A stretch of DNA of 64,000 bases, taken from NCBI GenBank assembly GCA_965202585.1, contig OZ241834.1:25606001-25670000 (forward strand), written 5' to 3'. Of the stretch, positions 11,743-25,380 are shown in pieces. Origin of the DNA: Thalia democratica (taxonomy: Eukaryota). The position numbers and the translations under genes are program-made. Every line of letters starts with the position of its first letter. Position 1 is the stretch's first letter. The notes below the pieces were generated by a model. It saw nothing but the letters and a program-made list of their open reading frames with translations. It had not been told where the DNA came from and did no database searches.

Positions 11743-12834
11743 TTTTAAACTAAGGTAAAGTTTACAATCAAAGAAAAGTTTCTTCTTGTAAAATTATATT
11801 TTTATTACAAAACTAATCTATATAATTGTATCCGTAATTACTAATAAACACTAAATAGTTTAGAAACACTAAGAATAAAGTTTAATTAGCCAGTTTTTAG
11901 TTTAATAAACTTCTGTAATTACAATATACAAAAAACTTAAAAGATAAAATATACTTTTAAATAAGATGCTCTTTTTATTCTGCGCACTTTAAAATCGTCA
12001 ATTTAGTTTGTCAACCAGACATGTTAAAAAGCTCTGCTTTGTTTACTCGAGCGTGAAATTACTAACTTAAAACAAACCAAAGTTTATACGCTTCATTGCT
12101 GAATTACCATAGTAATTGTTAGCATTTTAACAAGTCTGTTGTCAACGTATTTTTAAATAACAATCATTGAAAAACCTCCTTTACATCATGAATAGTTTAA
12201 CAGAACTATATAGCAAAAGCTAAATTCTGGATAAATAAACTAAGGGATGCAAAAGAATTTACTTATTAAATTCCACAATTAGTACAAAATTAAAACAAGT
12301 TTCAAAATGTACTATCTATTTTGCTAAAAATACTCCAAAGTTGATGATTAAACATATAGTAACCGGTATAGATAATACGAGTTTACTCTATGAACACAAA
12401 GTACATAATTATCATATTTATAAGACGTATAGTCTTAACTGATAACTTTAGTTAAACTAAGAAAAACTGTAAGTATAGGTTAAATATAATTTATAACTAA
12501 ACTCACAGTAGTTGTATAAAGTATAACAATGTAAAAAAGGAGTAATTTAGCTTTGAATATACTTAAATTTTTGTTAAAAGTTTTAAAATGTCTCTCACAT
12601 AGCTAGAATAATTAAAAAGTTATCAAAATTCAAATCAATTGGTTTTGCTTTACGATAGTTTATTTTTACGATTGCAATCTCCATATTAGTGAAATTTTCT
12701 TCAAGTGCTCAACTTATTGAACAAGAATTTAAAAATGTAGTCCAAAATTTAACAAAGACAACAGGGCTTTTTTATAAGCATATTATACTTATCAGTTGAA
12801 AACACTTACACAAATAAAATATTTGACTAATTAA

Positions 12835-14540
12835 TCACAAATCTTGCTGGCAAACGTAAGAGGCTTGTTCAAAACACGAAGCAAATTTCAACGCTCCTTC
12901 GTTGTATCTGATGCAGATTCTTGTGTTGTAAAAGTTAAAGTGATGAACCCAAAAGTTGTGCTTTGTTGCCGCTAAAGGGTACAATATTTCCCTGCAAAAA
13001 AAATCTAATATTTATTTGTTCAAAAAAATATGCTTGGTAGTTGTTTACCTTATATATACAATAAATATCTAAATAATACTTTTAACAGTACATTTAAGTT
13101 TTAGCAATCTTATTAAGAAAGTTACTTTATTTTTTGAACTGATTCGTCTTTATTAACACTCTCTATGTCAGTAATATTTTTGTTTTCCACATCAAGTCCG
13201 AAATCAGCAACTTTCCAAGGGGAGTTACAAATTTTTCTTGCCTTGTCGTAAGTAACTTCGAATAAGTAACTTCTACTGAAATAGTATTCTTTAGTCTTTG
13301 ATCCTTGATAAGAAGGCATTGTATGACTCCATGTGTATTCTGAAATTTTCAATAAACTTGAACTTTTTAAACATTTAATTGCTTCTACACTTTTAAAAAG
13401 TCGTTTATTTTATTGAATTAGTAATCAATTGAACATTTACAGTTAAAAAAAAACGATTTTGATCAAAATCATTAATATTAATGTCATTATTTGTATGTTC
13501 ACAACTGTAACTCAACTAAAATTTGTTATAATCAACATAGAGAAACGTCTTTATACTTCATGAACAAATTTTATCAATTTTTTTTTATGATGGCTTTCAT
13601 TTATAAAGTATTTAAAGAACGTAGCAAAAGAAAATCAAAAAGCTTATTGCAGCAAAAATGTTTTACTAGGCTTAGGGACTTTAAAAGGTTAAAAAAAATA
13701 GCAGTTTAAATGTTGTGTTCATGCTATAACTGTGTCATACAGGCATCATTAGTAAGTTACCAACTAAACTCTGTTGAACTCTGAATATAATTTATATAAT
13801 TGTCGTCGTCAGCTTTAACAAACTGAATACTTTTGAATTTTATTTGATGAAGCCTATTTTTAACTCACTTTCGCACCAATTCCAATGAATGCGACCCCAA
13901 GACAATTTTGTCGCACACCAGGGTTTTTTCGTTGTTTTACGCCAAAAAAGTGAAACGTAATCTTTAGTACAAGTATCCGAGTATTGTGGAGACCACGGAG
14001 TTCCAATGGAAAAATTGCAATATTCCCCCATAGAAGTTTTTATTTTCAAGTATCCAATAGCTTTGTAAAAAAAGTGGTTACTTTAAACTTAATTTTGATG
14101 TATATTTTGTTTATACATAAAAGAAAATTACAAAAAAAAATCATAAACAAAAAGTATTTTGAAAATTTAATAAATTTGTAATAGAGAATAATAAACTTTG
14201 TTTTAATAACTGCATGAAACTTAAGACCTAAAATATGGAAACTTTAAGTCATCAAATCCGAAAAATTTTATCTGAATATACTCACAGCTCGGAAGTTGTT
14301 CTGAAAAGGAGAAAAAACTGACCAAGACCTGTTGTGAATTAAATAAAAACTAATACTAATAAAATCATTGTTTTCCTTTTTTTTTTGTTTAGCTTCATTA
14401 AGTTGTATTCATGCTTTAAAAATAAATGATTTACTGTTTGTTTTGCAATTTAATAACTAAATAAATTTAAAATCAGTTTTAGTTTTTGCTATTTATTTAA
14501 AACTTACAACAATCAGAAACGAAATAGGTCTGCTTTTCAT
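12835..14540 (-). CDS. FN2-like + C-type lectin-like secreted protein, copy B (5 exons, 212 aa)
   Basis: Exons 14540-14508 (MKSRPISFLIV), 14328-14286 (VLVSFFSFSEQLPS), 14060-13869 (FN2-like), 13339-13126 and 12991-12835 (..FWV..C..C..YVCQQDL*). All introns GT-AG; 639 nt with no stop or frameshift; hydrophobic N-terminus; no TM segment. Confidence 0.85.
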
Positions 14541-16396
14541 TTTATTGTTATGTTAATGTACAATCTGTTACAGTTAAACATGAGTCAATCAATAACTGGC
14601 TTAAATATTATAAATCTTTTTTTAGTGATATAAACATATACTTCTAGTTTTTTTATTGTTTTTGAATAATTGAACAAATTAAGTAAAAATTTGTTGTTTG
14701 GTTAGAACTGGTTAAAAAAACTCTGAATTAATAATAAAATATTTAATGAACTTATAAAGTGTACCTTCTACTATTTATGAAAATATTAAGTGAAAACAAG
14801 TTTTACAAAAAAAACGAACTAAAATAAAGGTCTTAACACATTAAACAAACTTATTTTTTTAACTTTTATGTTCTAGCCGTAGCTATAACATTTGGTATGC
14901 AAAGGTATTAAGTAAAGAGCATTCTTCTAACGAGTTTATATACAAAATTAATTGTTTTTTGTTTTGAAACTTTTATGAAAACATTTATAATTACTAAAAA
15001 TAGACGTCTTTGTATATTTTTAGACGTTTACAAATGTTTTGTTTTTATTACTTTCAAAGTACCAGTGTAAAAACAAAACAAACTTTGTACAATCATTTAG
15101 CTTTAATTTAGTATTACATAACTGTTTTGCATTTTTAGTATGCTTGTTTTTTTTTTTTTAATTAAAATGATGGCGTAAACTGACATGTTTTTTTCAAAAA
15201 CACCTCAAGTCACATTATAATATCTTTTAATAACAATTAAAAAAAATAGTTATGTGTTACTTAGTTATTAAATTTTTAAAAATATTTCTATGTGTATAAG
15301 GTACAAATATAAATTCTAAAATATGGTTAGGTATAAAAAGAAAAAAAAAAGTTTTATAAACTTTTAAAACCATAAAGTCGTTAGCTTAGATTCTTAGAAC
15401 AATGAAGATTTTTTAATTAATTTATAAACTTTGATGAGTTTAGTACATTTGGGTCAAAAATCTTTTTTAAATTATCTTAGAACTAAGAGCCTTAGAATTG
15501 TAAATTTAAAAACTTGAAATATGTAAGTATGTTTATTTGTTTAAGTTTTAAAGTATATGTTAGTTTTAATCAGCTTACATTTTCCTAACCTTAACATAAA
15601 CTAACCTGGTAATATAATGATTTTCCTAAATTAGTTTTTTTAAACTATAAGTTTTATTTTGTTTTTTTTACACACTAATAACAGTTTTATTTCAAGTTTA
15701 GCCTAATGTCTTCATGCATGTTTATATAAAAAAAAGTTACAAATTGTACTCAACTGATGGTCTCGTTTTATTTAGTTCAAACAAGTGAAACATTGTTTAC
15801 TTAATAATTCAAATTTTTTTATTAGCTAACTTTGAATCAAAAGTTTTCTTTTTATAATGTGTTCGTTTTTCAATTACAAAGTTTTATACAATTATACCTT
15901 TTTTATACAAAAAACTTGTATGATAAATATATCGCAAAAAAAAAAAAACATAAATAAAGTTGGACTTGATAGCAAAAAGTTAACAAATGGATATAGTTTT
16001 TTTCAAGTTGAAATATTTAAAAATTTGAGCAGTTTTTTCAAATACCAAAATAAAAAATAGCGTGATAAATAAAGCAAAAACTACCAGTTAGTTGAAATAA
16101 GTTAAACAATTTTATGTTGTTAAATAATTTATTGCAAGTAATAAATTAAACTATAAAATCTTTCAACGCGTAAAAGAAAAAGTAGTAAAGTTTTTTTTAC
16201 ATTTCATATTTATTCCGCATACTCAAAATAAAATTATTAGGAGAACATGTTTAAAAAACCAAAGTGTTGTGTTTATCTACTACAAAATTCTGTGTTGTAT
16301 TTCTAAACTACACAAACATTTTAAACTATTTTTCTATGTATGTGATATGAACAAAAATGTTTCATTACTACAAAACAAAAAGTGTTTTTAGTAAAT

Positions 16397-18805
16397 AAAG
16401 TTTGAAAATACAAGCTAGTTTCAAAAGCATACGAAAAAGCTGTAAAAAAATTCGACATATAATATGAAAAAAGCTTCTGTCAAAATACTAATTCAAAAAA
16501 ATTTTATTCTTTTGTATAAATCAAAGCTAAATCTATCACCTTCTTTTCCTCTTTTACTTGATGAAAATAACTTACCATTAATTTCCGACTTTGATAAAGC
16601 CTCTTATTTTAACAAATCATTCCAAAAAGTATTTAGTAAAGATTATGAAGATGAACATTTTATACTTATTGATAAGAGTTGTCCTGAAATGCAGGGTTTT
16701 TTTATTAGTAATAATGAAATAATTGAATCTGTAAATCATTTAAAAGATAAAATACTCAGAACAGCAGAAAACATACCTTCGTATTTTTTAAAACGAACTA
16801 TTAGCTCTCTCATTTTTCCAATCTCGTTAATTTTTAATTGCTCTTTAGCTACATCTTTCATACCAAGGCAATGGAAAATATCTTATATTATACCAATATT
16901 CAAAAAAGGAAACAAAAATAATCCATTAAACTATAGACCAATTTCACTAACTAGTAGCTTTTGCAGATCTTTTGAACATATAATTTCATTAAAAATACTT
17001 AATCATCTTTTCTTAAATAATCTTATTTCTCCGAAACAACTTGGTTTTCTTCCTAAACGAACTTCATGTATTCAATTATTGGATTGCCTTCATTCATGGT
17101 TAGTATCTTTTTTTACCAATAAATCTATCAATGTAATTTATACAGACATTCAGAAAGCGTTTGACTCTGTCTCTCATTTTAAGTTAATTAAAACTTTATC
17201 TCAATACAAAATTAATAGAAATCTAGTTGAATGGTTTAAAGAATTTCTTCAGGAAAGAACACAAAGAGTAGTTATCGGTAACACGTTCTCAGAATCCTTA
17301 CCAATTTTTAGTGGAGTTCCGCAAGGAGGGGTTATAGGTCCACTGTTATTTATAATCTATATAAATGATATAGCCTTAGAGGTTGATTCTAATAGCAACA
17401 TTAAGCTTTTTGCAGACGACACATAAATATTTAGTGAATCTAACTTAGTTTTACAAAAATCTTTAGATAAAATCTACCATTGGTTAAAAGAAAGGAGATT
17501 AAACCTAAATCCCAGCAAAAGTCATGTTTTGAATATTCACAAAAGTACACATATTCCAACGTTTGATTTTAAAATAAACAATGCAATCTTACCTAAAACT
17601 GAGGTATTCAAAGACCTTGGAATTTTTATTTCAGATAATTTAAACTGGAACCATCATATTAACTATATTTACCGTACTGCATCAATTTTATCTTTTCAAG
17701 TTCTTAAAAGCTTTATATCTACGGATTTGGTAATTCTTAAAAAAACTGTACCTAGTTTACATCCGTCCTAAGATGGAATACAACACACCTTTATGGTCTC
17801 CATATTCTATAAAAGACATCAACCAACTAGAATCTATTCAAAGAAAATTTACGAGATTAATCTTTAATCGGTGCAACATTTCATATACGTCTTACATAGA
17901 CAGACTAACAAAGCTTAATATAAAAACTTTAGAATACAGAAGACTTGAATTTGATCTAATTACTTTTTTTAAACTGATTAACAATGAAACTGCTATTGAT
18001 TCTCCAACTTTCTTTAAACCTTATGAAAATAATTACTCACTCAGAGGTAATAATAGAAAATATACATGCAAATATCATTTCAACTATGTTGGTTGGCACG
18101 AATCTTTTTTCTATCGTTCGGTAAAAATGTGGAACAAACTTCCAAATGAACTAGTATCGTGCAAAAATCTTAAACATTTTCGATTAAACTTGAAAAGATT
18201 TGATTTGAATAAAATATTTACCAGTAAAATTTATAAGTGATTAGTTTTGTTCATCTCTTTAGCCATTGATTTGGTGTGTGGTATGTAGTTTATTGGTAGT
18301 TTAATCTGTAAGCTACACCTTCCCCTTATAGATTTTAGGTACTTTTCAACTTTGATTTTTTCGGAAGGGCTGTTGTTAATGTGCTTTGGGCTTTAGATTT
18401 TGAAATTATTGGATACTCAGTTGATTCCTAAGCTAGATTTGTGAACTGTTGCTGCCACATTTTTGAAGTGATTTTTGACTGAATATGCCGTCATAACGAG
18501 TGGCAAATAGTAGCTCAGATCAATGTTCTGCGAGATGAAGACAGGTTCTGAAGATTTGACAGAAATGCTTGTTACAGGTATTTGTTGCTTTGGAACGTAT
18601 AATTGGAGATTGGTGACTTTGGAATCGTTGAATTGTGAAAGTTTTAATTTATTCAGTTTTTACTTTGTATAAGTTTTATGTTTATGTTTATTTAATCACT
18701 GTAATTTGTTTTTTTCTTTTTATGTTAGTGTCTTTCAGTTTAAGTGGCTTAGGTTTTAATGCCTAGGTCCTTTGTTGGACAATAAACTTAATAATAATAA
18801 TAATA
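16397..18805 (+). mobile_element. 5'-truncated, inactivated non-LTR retrotransposon (CR1/L2-like LINE): RT region, 3' UTR and (TAA)n tail
   Basis: RT motifs NYRPISLTS, QLGF, YTDIQKAFDSVSH, SGVPQGGVIGPLLFIIYIND, FADDT, and downstream LEYRRLEFDL. Stop directly after FADDT, frameshift near 17750, lesions near 16470-16530. No endonuclease domain. About 550-bp 3' UTR ending in TAA repeats (18789-18805). Start approximate. Confidence 0.9.
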
Positions 18806-20451
18806 AATGTAAGATTATCAGTTTTGCTATAAACGATACGGTTTATAAACGAGTATTTAATTTTAGAGTTTAATACAAACAAGTTTATACAAACAGTTTT
18901 AAGTCAACAACAAAGTAGATAAAAATTAAAAACATCAGTTTACGCAGAAATGATACACAGAGTTTTTTAATTTTAAGAAAAGTTGAAACTACTAGATTGT
19001 TGAATTACATAAAGTAAATTTGCCTATAAACAGTCAAAACAAATTAAACAACATTAGAATAGTTAAGTGTGACTTAAAATGTTTTTATTTACTTATAGAT
19101 TTACGCTTTCGTAATAATTTTTAAAACTAACAAAAACTTTCAACAGTTATGTAGTAAATAAATTTCAAATTTAACAGTTATATAGCTTGCTTATAAGTTT
19201 TTTAGAAAATAGCTAACTGCCCTATAAATTATACTTTACAAGTTTGTTTCAAGTTCCAGATGAATTGTCTTTGTTTTTCTTTAATTTTTCTTAATTATTA
19301 TATTTGAAATGTTAATGTATTCATTAAAATATATTAAAGCGAGAAAAAATGTTGAACAACAGTTATGTCTTTAAACTTTTTAAAATAGTTTTGAATCTTA
19401 TAGAAGTATATAAGTAAAGTTGTTTTTAACTGTTGCAGATTTTTGCATATAACAGTCTAAATGCAAAATAGGCTTTCTTTGTTTTATATTAATGTAAGTT
19501 GTAAGTCTATTATGAAAAATAAACCTTCCAATTTTTACAAATGAATAAGTATAAAAACATACTTAACTACCTACACTACCTCATTAAATACTACCTAAAT
19601 TGAATTAAAAAAAAAAACAAATCTAAAATGTTAACGATAAAATTTTAAAAAATAATAATATTTTTAAATTAATCATTGAAAACATAAATAGTCCTGGTCA
19701 TTTTTTTCTATTCAAAAGCACTTCCTAATTGTTATAAAATTTATTTTACAAAATAGCTATAGAATTAGAATAACTTTGTAATTAAATTAGTCAAGTTTGT
19801 TTGGCGTTCTCTTAAAAATATGATTAAACATAGAGTAGTTGGTATTGATAGTAATGAATTTCTCTTTAAACATAAAGTTTGTTCTTATCAATTTATTTCA
19901 AGATAAAAACTATTAACTGAAATCTTTTAGTCAAACTTAAATTAAGAACAAAACTGTTGGGTTAGGTTAAATTTAGTTTAAAACTAAGCTCATATCAACT
20001 ACATAAATAATACACTTTTAAAATTGGTAAGTAGCCTGTCGATTTAATTAATTTTTTTAATTTTGTGTTTTAGATTTAACTTATAATTTAAAAATTATAG
20101 TTAAAATAATAAAATGTTGGTGAAACTGGTCATGCTGTAAAATAGTTTATTTTAAAATAAATTTTGAAACTGCTTGGGACGATTTTCTATATTTTTAAAC
20201 TGTCTTCGAAAAATACAACTTGAATTTTGTCATAAACGATTTAAACAACAAACGTGTATTTCAAAACTTAAACTTATTTGATCACAGACAACAAAAATTG
20301 AATTTTAAATAACTCTAAAAAAATTCAATATTACTTAGTATGGTTTTAATAGTCGTAATTAAAAAATTTATTATATAAAATGAATAGTTTTTAATAGTTT
20401 TAGTTGAAAATTGTTGTACATAATCAAAATTTTTTGAAGTACATTAGTTGA

Positions 20452-21810
20452 TTACAAATCCCGTTGGCAAACATAGGAAGCATGTTCAGTACATGAAGTT
20501 GTTTTCAAAACTCCTTGATTGTATTTGATGCAAACTATTTCATTTTTTTCGTTGTTGATGTGACGCACCCAAAAATTGTGCTCAGTTGCAGCTAATGGAT
20601 ACAAAATTTCTCTGTAAAAAGTTTAAAAAGTAAATTTTTATTTTTATTTTGTAAACAAAAACTTTCTATTTATCTATCATTTACTTTTTACATTTTGTGC
20701 AATAAATATACAAATAATACTTATAACAATCAATTAGTTTAGGTTTTATCAATCTTATTCAGAAAATTACTTTATCTTTTGAACTGATTCGCCTTGAACA
20801 ACACTCTCTATGTCAGTAATATTTTTATTTTCCACATCAAGTCCGAAATCAGCAACGTGCCACAAGGAGTTACAAATGTTTCTTGCCTTGTCGTAAGTTA
20901 CTTCGAATAAGTAACTTCTACTGAAAAAGTATTCCTTTGTCTTCGATCCTATATAAGATGGCATGGTGTGGCTCCATCTGTATTCTAGAATTTTAAATAG
21001 ACTTTATGTAACAACTCTTAATTAGTTTTATTGTTTTAAATTAAATTTTTTTAAACTAGTATCATGGTTAAACTAAAATATCAGAAGTTAAATGCAATAT
21101 TTTTTTTCAGTACAGTGTTCGTGTTACTATTTTAACATAAAAAAGCGTCCTTAATTTTATCAAATGTTTATTTTGAAAACTTATTTTAATAATTATTTTA
21201 TTTAATATTTACGCTGGCACCAGCCCCAATCAGTGAAACCGGGAAAATACAATGAAGTTGCACACCAGGGGGTTCCCAGTGTGACGGGGTAAAACAAAAA
21301 CTTCTGATATTTTCTAGTGCAAGTGTCAGTGTACTCTCGAAGATAAATAGATCCGATGGAGAAGTCGCAATCGTGTCCCATGGAAGTTTTCACTTTCAAA
21401 TATCCAATCGCTTTAAAAAATGTAAATTCTTAAATTACTCTCAGTAAATTTAAAACTCCTTATAGTAAGTAGTACACGAATATAATTTTATTCTAATAAT
21501 TTTTTTAATTTAACATCAAAATATAAGTACGCAAACTGTGAAAAATTAAACATTTCTTTCTTAATATAATTACAACTTGGAAGTGGTTCTGAAAAGGAGA
21601 AAATATTGACAACAACCTGTCATAGAAAAAATAAAAAGTTCAAAAGTAAGTAATATATTTTTTAAATATTTTTTTATCTGTAATTTTACGTTGTTTTCAT
21701 ATACTAAAAATCTGTTTTCAAAATAACTTTGTTTATAAGAGAGGAACTTTTTTTAATATAATTGATAAAAAACTTACATTAACAAAAAACAAAGCAAGTT
21801 TGTTTTGCAT
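20452..21810 (-). CDS. FN2-like + C-type lectin-like secreted protein, copy C (5 exons, 215 aa)
   Basis: Exons 21810-21778 (MQNKLALFFVN), 21616-21574 (VVVNIFSFSEPLPS), 21410-21213 (FN2-like), 20984-20771 and 20611-20452 (..YVCQRDL*). All introns GT-AG; 648 nt in frame; same phases as copy B. Confidence 0.85.
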
Positions 21811-24788
21811 TTTCTGTTTTGTCCTAAAATCTGCAACATTTTTATTTAAAAATAAAAATACAATTTGTATTTAGCTTTCAAAATATAAGGACAAACTATT
21901 GTTAAGCTTTTTTTTTTTTGTTTTTACTTATTCGTGAATATTTCAACATTTATATATGTAATAGTTAAAAAAAAACAACGAAATATTTTCTGCAACAGTA
22001 AACAAAATTTTAAATCTAATTAACTTCTACTTTTTTGTAAAACTTTTTGTTGCAAATTTATATAAACATAAGGTACACATAAACATTACAAAATTAAACC
22101 ATACTAAAATCAATTTTTTTAAATTAAAAAAGCTATAATTTATATTTGTTTAATAAATATGTTATAGCTTAGTCTTTGTCATACAAGCTGGTATGCAATA
22201 AGCAAAATGCGTTCCTGTAAAGCTTTTATATACTTAATAAGTTGTTTTTTGTTTTGAAACTTTTATGTAAACACTTTTAATTACCAAGAATAGACAAACT
22301 TCTATATTTTTAGAGGTTTACAAGTATTTTGCATCTATTACTTGTCAAGTACTTATGGTAAAGACAAAACAACAAATTATAAAGTCATTAAGCTTCAATT
22401 TAGATATTACATAACTGCTTTGTGTTTTTAAAAAACTTACTTGTTTTTTAAATTTAATAAGAAAGCGTAAACCTACAAGTTTAATAAAAACATTTCAAGT
22501 CACACTTAACTATTTCAATGTTGTTTAGTTGTTTTTGGCTATATATAGACTAATTTACTTAATGTTCTCAAGCAATCTATTACTTTTTATTATAACTTGT
22601 ATTTAATAAGTGAGCTATGCCCTGCGTGAACTTGCAATGTTATTAAACTTGCAACTATTCTAAAATATTTGTACTAAACTTCTATATGTTTTTAATAAAA
22701 ACTTGTTGTACTAAATTCATAAAAGTTAAAGATTTGTTTTTAAAATAGTGACCTGAGCTAAACTAGCGACACTTTTTCTTTAAAAAAATTTGTTTACTTT
22801 AAAGTAAAAAGAATTTTCTTTTTACAGATTTGTATATTTTATTAGTCCTATTCGTACCACACGCATATTGAAAAGTAGCTTAACATTTTTTTATCGTTTT
22901 AACATACATTAATTTTTTTCTGTTAGATATAATAAGTAAGTACAAATTTTTTTCTTTCTCCATGCACTTTTCCTTAAAAAGTTTTTTATTAATTTATTAA
23001 CAGAATAAATGTATAATTTAAATATTTTTTTTGAAAGCAGTTATTTACTTAACCTATAAAACAAATAGCATTTTTTATAAGTAATGGGTCGTTTTTCGTT
23101 TGTTATACTTAATATAGCGAAAACTATAAATACTGCTCAAACAACGTGTAGATATATTTAAGTTTTGGCTTATATTACGATTGTTCCTAAGCGTTAAAAA
23201 GGCTTTCTTAAAATACTGATTTTATTCATTGTTTTAAAATCTAATTAATTTCGATTAATATTTTTATAAACACTTTAAGAAATTGTATTTAGTAAAATAA
23301 AATATCAACAATTTTTCGTCATGAATAAAATGATATAAAAAGTCTTATTGTATAGTTTAAGTAGTGTAAGCTATCAAAACTTTAAGTACTGTACACGTGA
23401 AAAGCACTTCTTTAAAACTTTTTTAAACGATATTTTAAATTTACATACCGAACTTTTATGAAATTGTAACTAAAAACTGACAAAATATAAAGTACCACCA
23501 CAACAACTCGAACATAAACACCATTTACAACTGGTCCGATTACGTCAGTTACTTTATTTGCGAATAGTAACTTTGTTTGATCGGACCGTTTTGTTTTGAC
23601 ACGATTATCCGTTAATTAAACATAGTATGAAAAGTTTATAAATTTATTATAGCTTAAGATAAAAAGTTAAGTCTTAAGACTTTATTTGTTCGAATTTAAA
23701 TGCTTTTTTTGCTTTCAGTAACTAATAGTTATCTTTTCTTAATCCAACTTATATGCCTTTTATTAACTTAACAAATTAGTTTCTTTAGTTTTAGAACAAC
23801 TCAAAAAAGTTCTTAACTTTTAAAATTTAAATAAACAATATCCTACTTGTTTTCTTATTTTTTCATTACTAATTTTCAAAATTAAATATTGGACTGAATA
23901 CAAATTAAATTTTACTAAACTTAAATGATAACAACATACAGTTAATACTTTATTTCAGTTTTATTAACTTGTTAATAGTTATTGTTTAAATTAAAAATTT
24001 GTAAACGAAAGCAACAAAATACCTATTATTCATTACTAATTTTGATTTAGTAAAAAATATAATGATTTCGGTTTAAAAGATTTTATACTTATTTTTGTAT
24101 CTTAATTTCTATCTTTTTATATATTGTTAAAACTATTCGACATTTTTAAGTATATAATAAACTGTACTACAGTATTGTAACTTACTTGTGAGCTGAAAAA
24201 TAATAAAAAAGTCAAGCTGTGTACATATAAGACACAAATGATATTTTATTTTACAAATTATAAAACACAACATAATGTTTTGAGCCTATAATTATCTATA
24301 AGAGATCTTAAGTTGTTGATTCAATTTGATAATAGTGAATAATAAACGAATGAATTTTGTAAAAAAAATAATTAAAAGAGGCCTTTTTAATTTGAGCTAA
24401 ATAATTCTTGTGTTTATATATTTCTTAAGGTTAAGTTAAAAAATATGGCGTCAAAATAAAAGTAATAACTTTTGATATTTTATACTTTAAAATAACACAG
24501 TATTTAATATAATAAACAAACTTTTTTGTAAGTTATATTAATGACATTTAAAATCTTCAAGTAACATAATTGAATACCATAAAAACTCAAGTTTTCAATT
24601 TTTCATTAAAGACATAAGTACCACTTTGAAAAATTAAAAACTGAAAAATTATTAAAAAATAGCTTTTTTTATAACTAGCCAAAAAAATTTTCAATTTGTT
24701 AATAACATCCAAATTAGTCTATATCTTAAGTTTTTCTCACTGTCAAAGTTTTAAGGTGGCCCTGAAAAGGACCGGTTTTAGCTAACGC

Positions 24789-25280
<492 letters not shown>

Positions 25281-25380
25281 CTAACTTGCATATTTTCAAC
25301 TTAGAATTGTTTTATGCATTTTGAGTTACGTTATATTTTGTTTGAGTGGTCCTGAAAAGGACCTTGGGTAAAAGAACAAC

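Noticed and set aside
18420-18645. About 75 open codons on the minus strand in the LINE 3' UTR
   Set aside because: No early Met, no recognisable motif, and a length expected by chance.
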